Shown here in pieces: positions 1 to 11,835 of a stretch of 64,000 bases of DNA. This DNA comes from Thecamonas trahens ATCC 50062 (Eukaryota > Protista > Apusomonadida). The DNA lies in the NCBI RefSeq assembly GCF_000142905.1, contig NW_013657678.1, positions 496,001 through 560,000 on the forward strand, in the 5' to 3' direction. The notes beneath the pieces are model-generated. The model made no database searches. It saw nothing but the letters and a program-made list of their open reading frames with translations, and was not told the origin of the DNA. How positions within the stretch are numbered: position 1 is the stretch's first letter; each line of letters opens with the position of its first letter. The position numbers and the translations under genes were made by a program.

Positions 1-164
1 GGGGGTGGGGGGAGGGTGGGTGGGGGGGGGCAGTAGCCAGAGGACGGCAATTGCATTCGATCATTGCTGACGGAACACTCGGCTGAGAAGGGCACGGGTG
101 GTGGTGGTGGTAGCAGAGGCAAGCAGTCGTGGCTGGAAGAGTTACAGCGGAGGGTGGTATAGGG

Positions 165-1379
165 ATGGAAGCCGGGGTGTGCCCGGTATGCGAGCGGAAC
201 GACATCATGGGCTTGTATTGTGGCCGCTGTGTGGGTGAGGCTCGTGCTGAGGCGTCTGCCCGGGTGGCGGCGTCCGAGGCGGTAGCGAAGCGCCTTCGGT
301 CTGCGGTCGAGCCGCTGGTGGCTGCTGCAAGTGGGCGGGCGCGATGGGAGGCACGGGTGGACAAGGCGCGGGATCGAGTGGCGCGGCTAAAGCTGGCGGT
401 GGCAGCCAAGCGACAGGCGAGCCGGAGGCAGGTCAAGGCCAACAAGGAGGCGAGCAAGGCGCTGGCCAAGCGGAGAAAGGCGCTAGCCAAACGGCGAGCG
501 CGGCTGGCGACGGCGATGGAAAAGTGGGACGGGCTCGTGGAGCGGTGGGACGACGAGCACGGCTCCGAGCTGCCCGAGGTGCAGGCCTCGCTGATTGAGT
601 CGCGCAGGGCGCTGGTGGTCGAGCTGCTCTCGGTCCTCCCGCTCAACCCGATAGACGAGCATGCACACGAGCTTGCGGGCCTGGCGATGGCTGACGACTC
701 GACGTCGCGGCCGGCTGTTCACGACCGGCTGCACGGGCGGGCGTCGTCGCAGGCGCCGCCTCATCTTCTGGTAGAGTCGCTCACCGACGAAGAGTTTGAC
801 GCCATCATGGCTACGTTGGTCCGGCTGCTTTCGCTGGTGGAGAGCTACCTTGGCGTTGCGCTGCCGTACCCGATTGTCCATCACGGCTCACGGTCGCTCA
901 TCGGATACACTCCGGTAGGGCCGTGGATCACGCTCTTTCGCAACGCGGCGACATTTGGCGACGACGACGAGACCGAGGCGACGCTCGCCGGCCTGCCTGT
1001 GGCGCTGCGATCGGCGGCGGGCCTCATCTACGACTGGGAGGAGGGCCTTGCGCTGCTCAACTATAACATTGCGGTGGTTGCTGCGGCATCGGCTGGCCTG
1101 CCGACCAAGGTCCGCGAGCTGGACTCGCCGCTTCGCAACCTGCTGCAGGCGCTGCGCTCGCCGTACGTTGGGGCGCAGAGCATGGCGTACACGATGTTTG
1201 GGTCCGAGGCGGAGGAAGTGTATGCGCTACCGTGGCTTGGCTACCACAGCATGACGACGAACCAGTTTGAGCGGCTGCAGCGGGCGCTGCAGGCGCATCT
1301 TGCGGCAGCGGCGCGGGCTGGAGGGCGGGGCAGAAGCGGCGACGGCAGCGGCGGCGACGACGAGTGGGAGCTGGTGTGA
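165..1379 (+). CDS. Atg14/UVRAG(Vps38)-family PI3K class III complex subunit
   Basis: ATG at 165. N-terminal CxxC...CxxC (CPVC...YCGRC), long coiled coil, then BARA-like segment (LVESYLGVALPYPI...EEGLALLNYNIAVV...NLLQAL). Confidence 0.75.
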   Translation: MEAGVCPVCERNDIMGLYCGRCVGEARAEASARVAASEAVAKRLRSAVEPLVAAASGRARWEARVDKARDRVARLKLAVAAKRQASRRQVKANKEASKALAKRRKALAKRRARLATAMEKWDGLVERWDDEHGSELPEVQASLIESRRALVVELLSVLPLNPIDEHAHELAGLAMADDSTSRPAVHDRLHGRASSQAPPHLLVESLTDEEFDAIMATLVRLLSLVESYLGVALPYPIVHHGSRSLIGYTPVGPWITLFRNAATFGDDDETEATLAGLPVALRSAAGLIYDWEEGLALLNYNIAVVAAASAGLPTKVRELDSPLRNLLQALRSPYVGAQSMAYTMFGSEAEEVYALPWLGYHSMTTNQFERLQRALQAHLAAAARAGGRGRSGDGSGGDDEWELV

Positions 1380-1405
1380 TGCGGGGGCGGGCTTTGGCTT
1401 TACGC

Positions 1406-2576
1406 TCAGTAGAGGGTGAGGACGAGGGCGTCGTCCTCGAGGTGGGCGTGGATCTTCTTGAGGTGGCGGTAGGTGTGGAGCCGAGCCGCTGCCTCTGAGA
1501 CGGCGGCAGCCGAGTCCTCGTCGCGCGAGGTGGGGACGACGCGTAGGGCGCCAAGCTGGGTATCCCAACCGATGGAGCGAGCGAGGACCTGGGTCGCGTC
1601 TTCGGTGCTGAGCCGGGCGTACGTCGCAGCCTCCCACTGGGCGTCTGAGGCGGCTGACTCGAGCGCCGACTTTGGAGTTTCGTGCTCGCGGGGTGCGATG
1701 CGCTCGACGACCGAGACAGCAATGCGGACGGCGGACGGGTCACCGAACATGTCGAGGAAGCGGGACTGCAGGTCTGCGAGTGCCGCAGCCGACTCGCTGG
1801 TCGACGACGAGGCGGCCCCGGTTGCGGTGCTCTCGTCGCGTTCGAGAACAGCGGCCGAGCTCGCCTCTGCGGCGTAGGCTTGGGCGGCATTCTCGGCACG
1901 GCGCACAATGGTCGAAGCGAGGAGGCGGAGGAGGTCGAGGAGAGTGTCGGAGGCAAGGACGACGCGGTCGGCGGCGTAGACGCCTGTGGCCGTGGGAAAC
2001 TGAGGAAAGATGCAGCGGCAGACGATGGCGTCTGCTTCGGAGAAGAAGAGCGAGGCAAAGGTGTCTTCGTGGCGCTTGGCCATGTCGGCCATGGCCTGCT
2101 CCATGGCGGCCTTGGACGCCATCATCGCCCGCTTGCCCTGCTCGACCGAGTCGTAGTCGGTAAACTCGACAGCGCCGTAGACGGCCGGCACCTCGGGCAT
2201 GTATACAACGTTGGCAAGGCGGCCGAACATGTCGCCGGTCACGTCATAGCCCATGGAAATGTTGAGCGAGCGCAGGATGTCCTCGGGAGCAAGGTCGGCG
2301 CGGTCAGTCCGGACCGTCAGGTGGGTGTAGCCGAACAGAGCCTCGACCGACGACAGGTGGACCGAGATGCGCGCTCGGCGCATGACGCTGATGTGCTCGC
2401 CGACCCAGCAGACGGTGAGGAACTTGACTACAACAAGGTCTCGCAGCTCAAAGTCCAACCTCAGCAGCGCATACACCACGCCATCGTTGGGCATGGACTC
2501 GACCAGGCCGACCAGGCCCGTTGTCCCAGTTGCTCGCAACCGCAGGCTTGAGTTTCCCTCGTACTCGAGGGCGATC
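1406..2576 (-). CDS. ADF-H (coactosin/drebrin-like) actin-binding domain protein with unknown C-terminal region; last exon, upstream exon(s) not found (possibly in gap)
   Basis: IALEYEG...VVYALLR...[23 protein letters not shown] is an ADF-H signature. Putative acceptor AG at 2578-2577 would restore the conserved Trp (TG|G). The upstream Ser-rich part of the ORF is trinucleotide repeat, likely intronic. Confidence 0.7.
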
Positions 2577-2790
2577 CTTCGAGGGGAAGTTGATGTTGAG
2601 GATGATGATGATAACGATGACAATGACGATGACAATGACGATGACGATGAGATCGATGTAGGCGTCGATGTAGGTGGGGTTGAGACAGATACAGAGACAG
2701 ACACGTACATACAAAGTCATACACATGCATGAGTATCTTCATCACCCCCCCCCTCTTTCCTCCCTTCTTGGTCTGTCTCCCCGCAGGGGG

Positions 2791-3001
<211 letters not shown>

Positions 3002-3101
3002 NNNNNNNNNNNNNNNNNNNNNNNNNNNNNNNNNNNNNNNNNNNNNNNNNNNNNNNNNNNNNNNNNNNNNNNNNNNNNNNNNNNNNNNNNNNNNNNNNNN
3101 N
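3002..3101. other. assembly gap (100 N)
   Basis: N run. Confidence 1.
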
Positions 3102-3350
3102 TCCCCCCCCCTCCCTCCCTCCCCCCCCCTCCTTCCCTCTGATCCCCATGCTCTACCTATCCATAGCATCAAAGGGCATCTTGATCCCTTCCCCCCTTCA
3201 CCTCTATCTCTGATCCCCCTTTCTTCCCCCCTCCCTCCCCCCCCCCCCTCTGCCAACTTTGCTGTCACTGTCGCTGCCTCCGCTATCGCCACCGGCACAA
3301 CGTCACTCGCGAGTACTTGACTTGCCATTGAGGGAGGGAGGGAGGAAGTC

Positions 3351-4392
3351 ATGCAGCACCTAGCTGTACGGCATGTTCTGTTTGCCCTGGCTGCTGTCTT
3401 GGCAACTTCATTGGCCTTGTGGGTGAGGTACGTCGGTCCCGCCGAGAGCGAGTGAGCCGGAAAGGCAGGGGGGGGGAAGGGGGAGGGCGGAAGGTGGTGG
3501 GGGGGAGGGGGAAGAGGGGGGGCGGGTAATGATGATCACTCTCATGCGGTCTCTCTCTGCATGCACTCACTCTGTTCTGAAATATCGCTCTTGATCGGAC
3601 ACGGTGCTGTGATCGGTTGCGGATACGGTGATCGTATCGGACACGGTGCGGGCGATGTGGCTAACATTCTCCCGCCTCCTCAGAACGTACTACACCATCA
3701 ACAAGGTGCCTGCTGCTGAGGCTTCCCTGCCCGATCGCGGCTTCACTTATGCCGGCGTGCAGGTTGGCACTGGACGCCCGGCCACTCCGATCGAGCTGCT
3801 GTACGAGCGCGCGCAGATGGTTGTGGCGGTGGCGAGCACCATGTTTGTCACGCTCTTTGTTGTCGCGCACGAGCGAATGGTCCTGCTGGGTCGACTGACT
3901 ACCCTCTGGCTCTTTCTCTCGCTCGTTTCGGTCCCGATGATGGTGCTGACGTATGCTCCGTTTCCACGGCCCGAGTGCCCCGCGCTCGCCGGCTCGCTCA
4001 TCGCCTGCTCGCCGTCGTTCTGGTCGATCAACGTCATGTACTTGGCCCTCTTTGCCGGTCTTTGGCGCCACACCGTCCGCGACTCGGCCATCGGCGACGT
4101 GCTCGCCGGCCTCTCGCCGCTGGCCATGTGGCTTGTCGAGCGCTCGGCCTGGCTCCTTGTCGCCGCCATGTGCTACGTCCAGATCCACGGGCGGACGCAC
4201 TACTCGGTCTCGCTCGCGCTGGCCATCATGGCCGGATGGCATGTCGCCGAGGAGCTCTTTACCCGCGCTGCTCTCGACTTCCCGGCCTTTGAGTACAAGT
4301 CGGTCTATCTGGCCACCATTGACTGGGCCTCGGCCGAGCTCCGCAAGTCCTCACTCGGTCGCGTTGTCTACCGCCCGCGCAAGCTTGAATAG
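3351..4392 (+). CDS. sphingomyelin/IPC-synthase-like membrane protein, catalytically degenerate; join(3351..3427,3684..4392), ~261 aa
   Basis: Donor AG|GTACGT at 3428, branch CTAAC near 3661, acceptor CAG at 3683; splicing gives an in-frame ...LWVRTYY.... Motifs LPDRGF (D1-like), LTYAPFPRPEC and RTHYSVSLALA (D4-like); several TM helices. Confidence 0.65.
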
Positions 4393-4431
4393 CACTGCTC
4401 ACTAGGATTAAAGAGAAAGAGTTCCCTTTGC

Positions 4432-7400
4432 TCATGCCGACGGCCCGCCCCGGTTGCGCGGCCGCCGCGACGGCGGCCGCCGATTGCGCTTGGGTGCGGC
4501 CGCCACCCTCGCCCGGTTCTTGTGCTCGAGCGCAGCCTCCTTGCGCTCAAACTCCTCGAGCTTGACGTCCGGCCCGTCGGGCACCTCGGCCTTGCCCTTG
4601 TCTTTGGACTTGCCCTTGACCTTGTCCTTGACCTTGTCCTTGGACTTGACCTTGTCCTTGGACTTGACCTTGTCCTTCTTCTTGTCCTTGTCCTTGACCT
4701 TCTTCTCCTTCTTCTTCTTGTCTTTGGCGGCCTTGGCGGCCTTGGCTGCCGCCGCGTCCTGTTGCGCCGCCTTGGCCGCCGCTCGGTTCGCCGCCCGCAC
4801 CCCCTCGATGTCGTCGAGCGCGTCCTGCAGCCGCATCTCGACAGCCTGGAACACATGCTCGGCGGCAATGTCGACCATTGAGGCGCACGTTTCACCGCCG
4901 AGGTTGACCAGCTCTGACGTGACGCCACGGAAGAGCTTGGAGAGCTCTTCGACCTGGACTAGGGCTGTGTGGTCGGCGAGCGAGGCCACCAGCTCATCGC
5001 GGGTGTCCGCCACCGACGGCAGCCGCGCCGCAAACAGCTCGCCGAGCCGTGCCTGCATGTCGCGGGCCCGGTCGGCGTAGTACTCGCGGACCTGCGAGGC
5101 AAACTCGTCGAGCATGTTCTTGAGATCAACTTCCATCGTCGCCACCATCGACTGTGCCGCAAAGGCAAGCTCGGTCTGCGCCGCAGGAGTGGCTTCGGCG
5201 TCGGCAATGGCTGCAGAGTGGGACTCAAGGTCGGCGCCTGAGCCGGTTGCCCGGATCCGCTGCACAATGCGCGAGAACTCCTCGGCGCGGACCATGTTGA
5301 GCGACGAGACGCCGGTGAGGCCGGTCGCCGACGCGCGGAACTGGTTCGGGTTTTGGTTGCGGAAGAGCGAGGCCTGGATCTCGTTGACAAGCGCATAGAC
5401 CTGCTCCGGGTCGCGGAGCGAGGCGTTGATGTCGATGAGCGGTAGCGGCATCGCCTTGATTGAGTAGTTGCGCGAGAGGCCGGTCTTAAAGTGCTGCAAG
5501 CCGACCTGCGATGTACCGTTCTCGTCCCACGACAGCGATCGCAGGGTGTCATTGAGCTGGAGTGCCTTGGAGAGCGCAGCCGCACCACGGTCGCCCATCT
5601 GGTTGCCCGAGATGTCGAGCTTGGTCAGCGAGGTGTTCGCCCCGAGCGCGTCGAGAAAGATGAGCGTGTCAGCCTTGAGCGCAGCCTTGGCGTTGCCTGC
5701 CAACGAGAGCTCGGTGAGCGGGCACTCGGACTCGATGAGCGAGCAGAGTGCGTCCATGGCCGCCGGCCGCGACTTGGTCGGCTTGCCGCGAAAGTTGCCG
5801 TCAAGCACAAGCGTCTCCAGGCACGTCGACTGTGTCAGCGCCATGACCAGCGCAAGCACGCCGTCATCACCCAGCTCGTTCTCGGCCACATTGAGCTTGG
5901 AAAGGTTGCGCACCGCAGGAAGCGCCTCCGCCAGCGCCCGCCCGCCGTCGGGACCAAAGCTGTTGGCTGCCGCGTTGAGCTCAAACTCGTGCAGAATTGG
6001 GTTGTTGCCAATGGCCCCAATGATCTCCCCAAGTGAAGCCACTGGGACCTTGCTCCCGGCAAGCGAGAGCGCCTTGAGCGACTCGGCACCCTGCAGGACG
6101 CGGACAAGCGCCTTGGCATCCTTGGCCCCAAACTTGACGTTGTCCAGCACGAGCGTCCGCAGCGACGACGACCCGCGCTGAAGCGCAGAGAGCACCTGCT
6201 CGATGACCACCCCAGTGTCCGCGAGCTTGAGCGTCCCGATCGAGTTGGGCTGCGCCAGGAAGGCTGCCATGCCAGCGGTGCACCCGGAAAGGTCATTCCC
6301 CGACAGGTCGAGCACGTCGAGCGACGACACAAGGTGGCTGTTCTTCTTCAGCGCGTTGACAATGACCATCGCCGTCTTCTTCTTCAGCCCGCACCCGGAG
6401 AGGTTGAGGGAGGCAAGGCCGTGCGGGAGGCTGACAATGAGGCTGGCCAGCGCGTCGCACGACGCCTGGTCCAGCGCGTTGCCAGACAGGTCGAGGTTGT
6501 TGACCGCAAGGTACGGGTTGGCTGCCATCGCCTCAAACACACCCGCAAACTCAGACTTGAGCCCGGTGCCCGACAAGTTGAGCTTTTCCAGGTGGCCGTT
6601 GGTCCGCATCACCACAGCCAGCACTTTCAGCACATCCTTGTCCACGCTAGGGCCCGACGCCGTGAAGCAGCGGAACCACGAGTTGTACTTGAGCGCGAGC
6701 AGGAGCGGCCGGTAGTCGCGGACCTCGTCAAACTCGACCACGTTAAAGTCCTTGACCGAGTTGACGGCAAACAAGTTCTCCACATCCCACATGATGTCCT
6801 CGCGGAGTGGCGCGCCGAGCCACGATGACATGACTGCCATCGCCAGCGCGTAGTTGCCGCAAGCCAGTGCATCCACAGGCAGCTTCTTGACCCGTGTCGG
6901 CGGTGTCACCACAAACTTGACGCCCTCGCCCGAGTCTGCCGGCTTGTCCGGAAAGATCACAGAGACCGCGCGCGCGAGACACGTGATCACGTTGGTCGCT
7001 GCGGGCGTCTTGATGTCCAGCGTCGCCACAGAGCTCGAGTTGACCGACGTGGCAATCGCAGCCGGAATGAGCGGTGGCTGCGCAAACGAGAGGCTCACCG
7101 TCGTCTCATCCGGAGAGACCACCGCCCGCAGCTCCAGAATCGAAAAGCTAGTCGAGAGCTTGCCGCCAGCTTTGAGCATGTACACATGCTTCTGACCGAT
7201 GACAAGCAGCCGCGGCTCGGGCCCCTTGGTCTTGATCAGAGCCACCCGCGACACAAAGTACGCATTGTCGGCGTGCTCATGGAGCATAGCACGCACCGCG
7301 TCTGGCGCCCATCCCACACCCCAAACACGTACACAAGCCGCCAGTTCCCTTCCATGGTCAGTCTTCATCCCTGCTCCCTTCCTCCCTAACACCAACCCCC

Positions 7401-7639
7401 CACTCCACAGCACCGCTTTCTCCCCCTCAGCGCATGTCGGCTACCAACCATTTCGTTGGAATCGCCAACGCGAGCACCGCCACGTACACAGTCACCCCCC
7501 CCCCCCCTTTACATCCCCTCCTCCCCGTCCTGTCCCCCCCCCAAACTCCTGTTCCCTCATTCCCCCACTCCGTGCGGTGGAAAGGTATGCAAGACGTACT
7601 TGATTCTTCATAGCTCACCTCGGCGAGCTCAATGGGCAT
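4432..7639 (-). CDS. CARMIL/LRRC16-like capping-protein regulator (PH-like + LRR + helical + CPI); complement(join(4432..7301,7600..7639)), ~969 aa
   Basis: N-terminal PH-like region (PRLLVIGQKHVYML), LKYNSWF motif, RNI-type LRRs, LSWDENG...LPLIDI, C-terminal CPI motif LEHKNRARVAAAPKRNRRPPSR. GTACGT donor at 7599 and AG acceptor at 7302 join in frame. Confidence 0.85.
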
Positions 7640-8500
7640 GGTGAGGGAGTGAAACGGTGCGTGACGGGGTGACTCGCCCTGCATTCGTCCGTTGCCAGTT
7701 GCCAACAAGCTCGACGAGTAGCCAGCAATTGATGGGAAGGAATAATTGAATCTGGTGTGTATTGCTTTTGCCGTATTGGCAAAGATGGACAAAGTTAGAG
7801 TAGAAAGACGCCGCTGACCTTGCTAGTGCTGGTTGGGGAGGGGGAGGGCACGGCAAGCGGTTACTAGATGCATGCGTATACTGCAGAGAAGATCGGCCGT
7901 CGTGTTTCTGCCAAATGCGCCTTCTGGGTCGTCGGTTGCTCGCCGAGTCAGTGCCGGTCGGCCGCCACTCGTCGACTCGCTGGCTGCATCTCCGGCAGGC
8001 GAGCAGCCAAGTTGAAACTGGGTATAGGATTGGGAATGCGATCGCTACCAGTGGACTGATGTTATCATCGTGCCTTGCGTACTACAGATCACGTCGAAAA
8101 TCCACTGAAATTGTCGCTGGTTGTCGCTGGTGGCTCTTGGGAGGGCTGGCGGTGGTGTAGGTGAGCGGTGAGCTGCCCTGCTCACGGAAGCATATGAGCA
8201 TCTTTTGGTCCGATGGAGCCAGACCTGCAGTGAAATGGCGGATGATTAGTATGTTAGTATGTGCAGGCTGCAGGAAACGGAAGGATATAGTCGTATGAAA
8301 GCTTGTGGCGGTATGTAGCTTCGATGACGGGTATCTGCGGTGGTAGCGGCATCGAACGGGTTGTGTCATTTTTCGGGGTTGGGAGACGAAGCTTGCGCTC
8401 GGCACGCTTGAGTTGCAAACTTGCAAGGACACGTCGCGCACGTGAGTGTGGAGGAAGCAAGTAGCGGGTGAGTCTGCAGAAAATCTCATTCTCTGCTGCA

Positions 8501-9511
8501 ATGGGTGCTGTGAAGGTGCCTGTGCCGTCGGCCTCTATGCTGGTCTCGGTTGGCTACGTGGGATGGAATGTTGCCTCATCGGTTGGCCTAATTCTTGTCA
8601 ACAAGTGGCTGTTCGACGTCGTCCGCCTCGAGTCCATCCTCCTCCTTACTGCGCTGCACCTGTTTTGCTCATGGCTTGCAGTGGTTGGCCTCATCAAGCT
8701 TGGCTATGAAACTTACAAGCCCATGCCCACCAAAGATCTGGCGCTCATGGTTGGCTCGTTCTTCTTTACCATTGCCTTTTTCAACCTCTCGCTCAAGTTC
8801 AACTCGGTCGGCACGTACCAGCTCTCCAAGCTCCTGGTTACGCCGGTCACTACCGTTCTTCAGTTTGTGCTCTTCCGCAAGAGTGTGAGTCTCGCAACAC
8901 AGGCAGCACTGTTAGTAATTTGCCTTTCTGTGGCGTTTGTGACGAGCTCGGGCGATCGGCCGACAGTGACGGGCGCCACCTGCTCGATCATCGCCATCCT
9001 GTCCTCGGCTATTACCTCGCTGTGGGCAAAGTCCAAGCCGGCCGAGCTCGGTCTCTCGACCTACCAGCTCAACTTTCACCTCTTTCTTTGGTCAAGCATA
9101 TGCTTTGCCTCGGCCTCGATTCTTTTTGAGAGCAACCAGATCGGCCAGCTCCGCGCACTCATCCGCGACGACCTCGATCCTAACGTTGCCGGCTCGCTCC
9201 GAGTCCCATTTATGATTCTGACCTGCGCCATGGCCGCCTCGCTCAATCTCTCATCGGCGCAGCTCATTTTCTACACTTCACCGCTCACCTACCACGTTGT
9301 GGGCCACTTTAAGCTCATCCTCATTCTCGCCTTTGGCGTCATCTATCTCAACTCCCCGGTCTCATCGCAGGTTGTGGTCGGCATGGTTGGCGCAGTGTCT
9401 GGTGTCATGTGGTACACTACAATTCGGTTCCGTGAGGCGCAGATGCACGTACCGGAGGTTCACTCGGACGACTCGGACGACTTGAAGTGGAGCGAGAGGG
9501 CTCGGGTGTGA
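8501..9511 (+). CDS. TPT/SLC35E-family nucleotide-sugar transporter
   Basis: WNVASSVGLILVNKWLF, NLSLKFNSVGTYQLSKLLVTP, SPLTYHVVGHFKLILIL; ~10 TM. Confidence 0.88.
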   Translation: MGAVKVPVPSASMLVSVGYVGWNVASSVGLILVNKWLFDVVRLESILLLTALHLFCSWLAVVGLIKLGYETYKPMPTKDLALMVGSFFFTIAFFNLSLKFNSVGTYQLSKLLVTPVTTVLQFVLFRKSVSLATQAALLVICLSVAFVTSSGDRPTVTGATCSIIAILSSAITSLWAKSKPAELGLSTYQLNFHLFLWSSICFASASILFESNQIGQLRALIRDDLDPNVAGSLRVPFMILTCAMAASLNLSSAQLIFYTSPLTYHVVGHFKLILILAFGVIYLNSPVSSQVVVGMVGAVSGVMWYTTIRFREAQMHVPEVHSDDSDDLKWSERARV

Positions 9512-9572
9512 GACTGGCGCATGTACATGGCTGGTAAGGATGTGCGTCCAAGCGAGGCATGTTGTGTGATAT

Positions 9573-11258
9573 TTAGCGGAGAGCCAGGTAGTGCTGCATG
9601 ATGCGGGCGGTGGAGACGTCGTGACCATCGGTTGAGGCCGCGGCAAAGTCGTCGACAATGGCCGACGCCAGCTTCTTACCGAGCTCAACACCAAACTGGT
9701 CGTAGGCGTTGAGGCCGAGGAGGGCGGCGACGGTAAAGACAGCATGCTCGTAGAAGGCGATAAGGGCGCCGAGGGTAGCCGGGGTCAGCTTGCGGTACAT
9801 AAAGGTGGTCGTCGGACGGTTGCCCGAGAAGGCGCGGGCCGGATCGTCGTGGCTCTTACCCACCATGAGTGCCTCAGCCTGGGCAACGGCGTTGGCGACA
9901 AGCATCTCGTGCTGGGTGCCGATGGCTGCATGCGACGAGGCCGCGACGAGAAAGTCTGCCGGCACGACCTGGCCCTGGTGCAGAAGCTGCATGAACGAGT
10001 GCTGAGCCGGCGTTCCGGGCTCGCCAAACACGACCGAGCCCGAGGTGACGAGGTGCGGCGGGAGCGGGACGCCGTCGCGGGTCACACCCTTGCCCAGCGA
10101 CTCCATGGTCAACTGCTGGAGGTAGGCGGCAAAACGGCCGAGGTTGTGGTCGTAGGGGAGGACGGCGTGCGAGGTGTAGCCGAAAAAGTTGGTGTACCAC
10201 AAGTCGAGGGTGCCCATGAGGAACGGGATATTCGACGCGAGCGGAGCGGTGAGAAAGTGCTCGTCGACGGCGTGCGCGCCGGCGAGGAAGCGACCAAACG
10301 CCTCGGGACCCACTGCGAGCATGACCGAGAGCCCGATTGGGCCCCAGACCGAGTAACGCCCGCCGACCCAGTCAGAGAAGGCAAACATGTTGGCCGGGTC
10401 AATGCCAAAGCCCGCCACGCCGTCGCTGTTGGTCGAGACGGCCACAAAGTGCGCGGCAACGGCGGCGTCGTCGAGCCCGCCCGCCGGATCCAGCAGCCAC
10501 GCCTTGGCCGCGTTGGCGTTGGCCAGCGTCTCCGCTGTCGTAAACGTCTTGGAGCAGACAATGAAGAGCGTCGTCTCGCGGTCGCACTTGGCGAGCGCCT
10601 CGGTGAGGTTCGACGGATCGACGTTTGCCACAAAGTGCATGTCGAGCTCGTCCTTTGCGTATGGCGCGAGCGCGCCAACCACCATGGCCGGGCCGAGGTC
10701 CGAGCCGCCGATGCCAATGTTGACGACCGAGGCAATGGCCTTGCCCGTTGCGCCCTTCCACGTCCCGCTGCGGACCGAGTCGGCAAAGGCCTTCATCTGG
10801 GCAAGGACGGTGCCGACGGCCTCGGCGCCATCCTCGGCAAAGTCAAATGACGACGATGCGCCGTCATCGTAGAGGCACTTGTACGCCTCGGGTGTGCGGA
10901 GCGCAACATGGCCCACAGCGCGATCCTCGGTCACGTTCACGTGCTCGCCCGCAAACATGGCAGCGCGGAGAGCGTTAAAGTCCATGGCAGCCGCCAGCTC
11001 GCCGAAAAGCTCCACCGTTCGCTCGGTCACTAGATGCTTGGAAAAGTCCGCGAGGAGGCCAATGCCCGCAACATCCTCCTCCGCATCACCCGTAGCATCA
11101 GCCGTTGCAGAGTCGGGAAAGGCCACACAGAGCTTATCCAGCCGACCATCGTCGTCGGCAAGAGCTGCAGCCACCGAAAAGGTTGGCGGCGAAACTTCAG
11201 CCTTGTGCTCAGCGAGCGCCTTCCAGGCCTCAGATGTCCATGCAGTGGTACTCGTCAT
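9573..11258 (-). CDS. GPI: glucose-6-phosphate isomerase
   Basis: NVTEDRAVGHVALR, NIGIGGSDLGP, SKTFTTAET, DWVGGRYS, QQLTMESLGK, DQFGVELGK. Start at MTSTTAW (11258). Confidence 0.97.
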   Translation of the reverse strand: MTSTTAWTSEAWKALAEHKAEVSPPTFSVAAALADDDGRLDKLCVAFPDSATADATGDAEEDVAGIGLLADFSKHLVTERTVELFGELAAAMDFNALRAAMFAGEHVNVTEDRAVGHVALRTPEAYKCLYDDGASSSFDFAEDGAEAVGTVLAQMKAFADSVRSGTWKGATGKAIASVVNIGIGGSDLGPAMVVGALAPYAKDELDMHFVANVDPSNLTEALAKCDRETTLFIVCSKTFTTAETLANANAAKAWLLDPAGGLDDAAVAAHFVAVSTNSDGVAGFGIDPANMFAFSDWVGGRYSVWGPIGLSVMLAVGPEAFGRFLAGAHAVDEHFLTAPLASNIPFLMGTLDLWYTNFFGYTSHAVLPYDHNLGRFAAYLQQLTMESLGKGVTRDGVPLPPHLVTSGSVVFGEPGTPAQHSFMQLLHQGQVVPADFLVAASSHAAIGTQHEMLVANAVAQAEALMVGKSHDDPARAFSGNRPTTTFMYRKLTPATLGALIAFYEHAVFTVAALLGLNAYDQFGVELGKKLASAIVDDFAAASTDGHDVSTARIMQHYLALR

Positions 11259-11636
11259 GTGTGTATGTGTGTGTGTGTGTGAGAGAGGTGGTCTTAGACT
11301 CGAACTGTTCGGCTCTGACACTGGCTCTGGCTTGGTCTCTCGCCCCTCTGGCCTTTTGGCTGGGTATGGGTCATTTCGGGTGTCACCACGTGGCGTTTGC
11401 CAAATGTCCTCATTTTGATCGAGACATTGTTTGATGTCGTCATCTGTGTAGCTAGCGTTCCGGTGTGATGGGGGCTTCTTTTGTTCACATGTCGTCATGG
11501 CGTGTGATGTCGGGTGATGATGGTGTGAACATGCCTCCACGCTTGCGTCTACACTTGCGCGTCTATGCTTGTGGTAGCCTGATCAGTCGCCGTGCTTTGG
11601 CCTTGTCACGCTGATCTGGTGCGCCAGGGTTGCCGA

Positions 11637-11731
11637 TGATACGGGTGATACGGGTGATATGGGTGATACGGGTGATATGGTTGATATGGGTGATACGGGT
11701 GATACGGGTGATATGGGTGATAAGGGTGATG
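11637..11731. repeat. 9-bp tandem minisatellite GGTGATA(C/T)G, ~10 copies
   Basis: Seen directly; translates as GDT/GDM or HPY repeats in spurious frames. Confidence 0.9.
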
Positions 11732-11835
11732 CTGGCAGGGCCGGGCGGCCCCGCCCTCGGCAGGCGGTGGCCACTCGGGCGTCTCCACCCCGCTGCCCCT
11801 TCCCCTCACCGCACCGCACTCTCCGTTCGGCGGAC

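Noticed and set aside
11259-11540. 95-aa N-terminal extension of GPI
   Set aside because: Crosses a (CA)n tract and has non-coding composition; the ATG at 11258 fits the family length.
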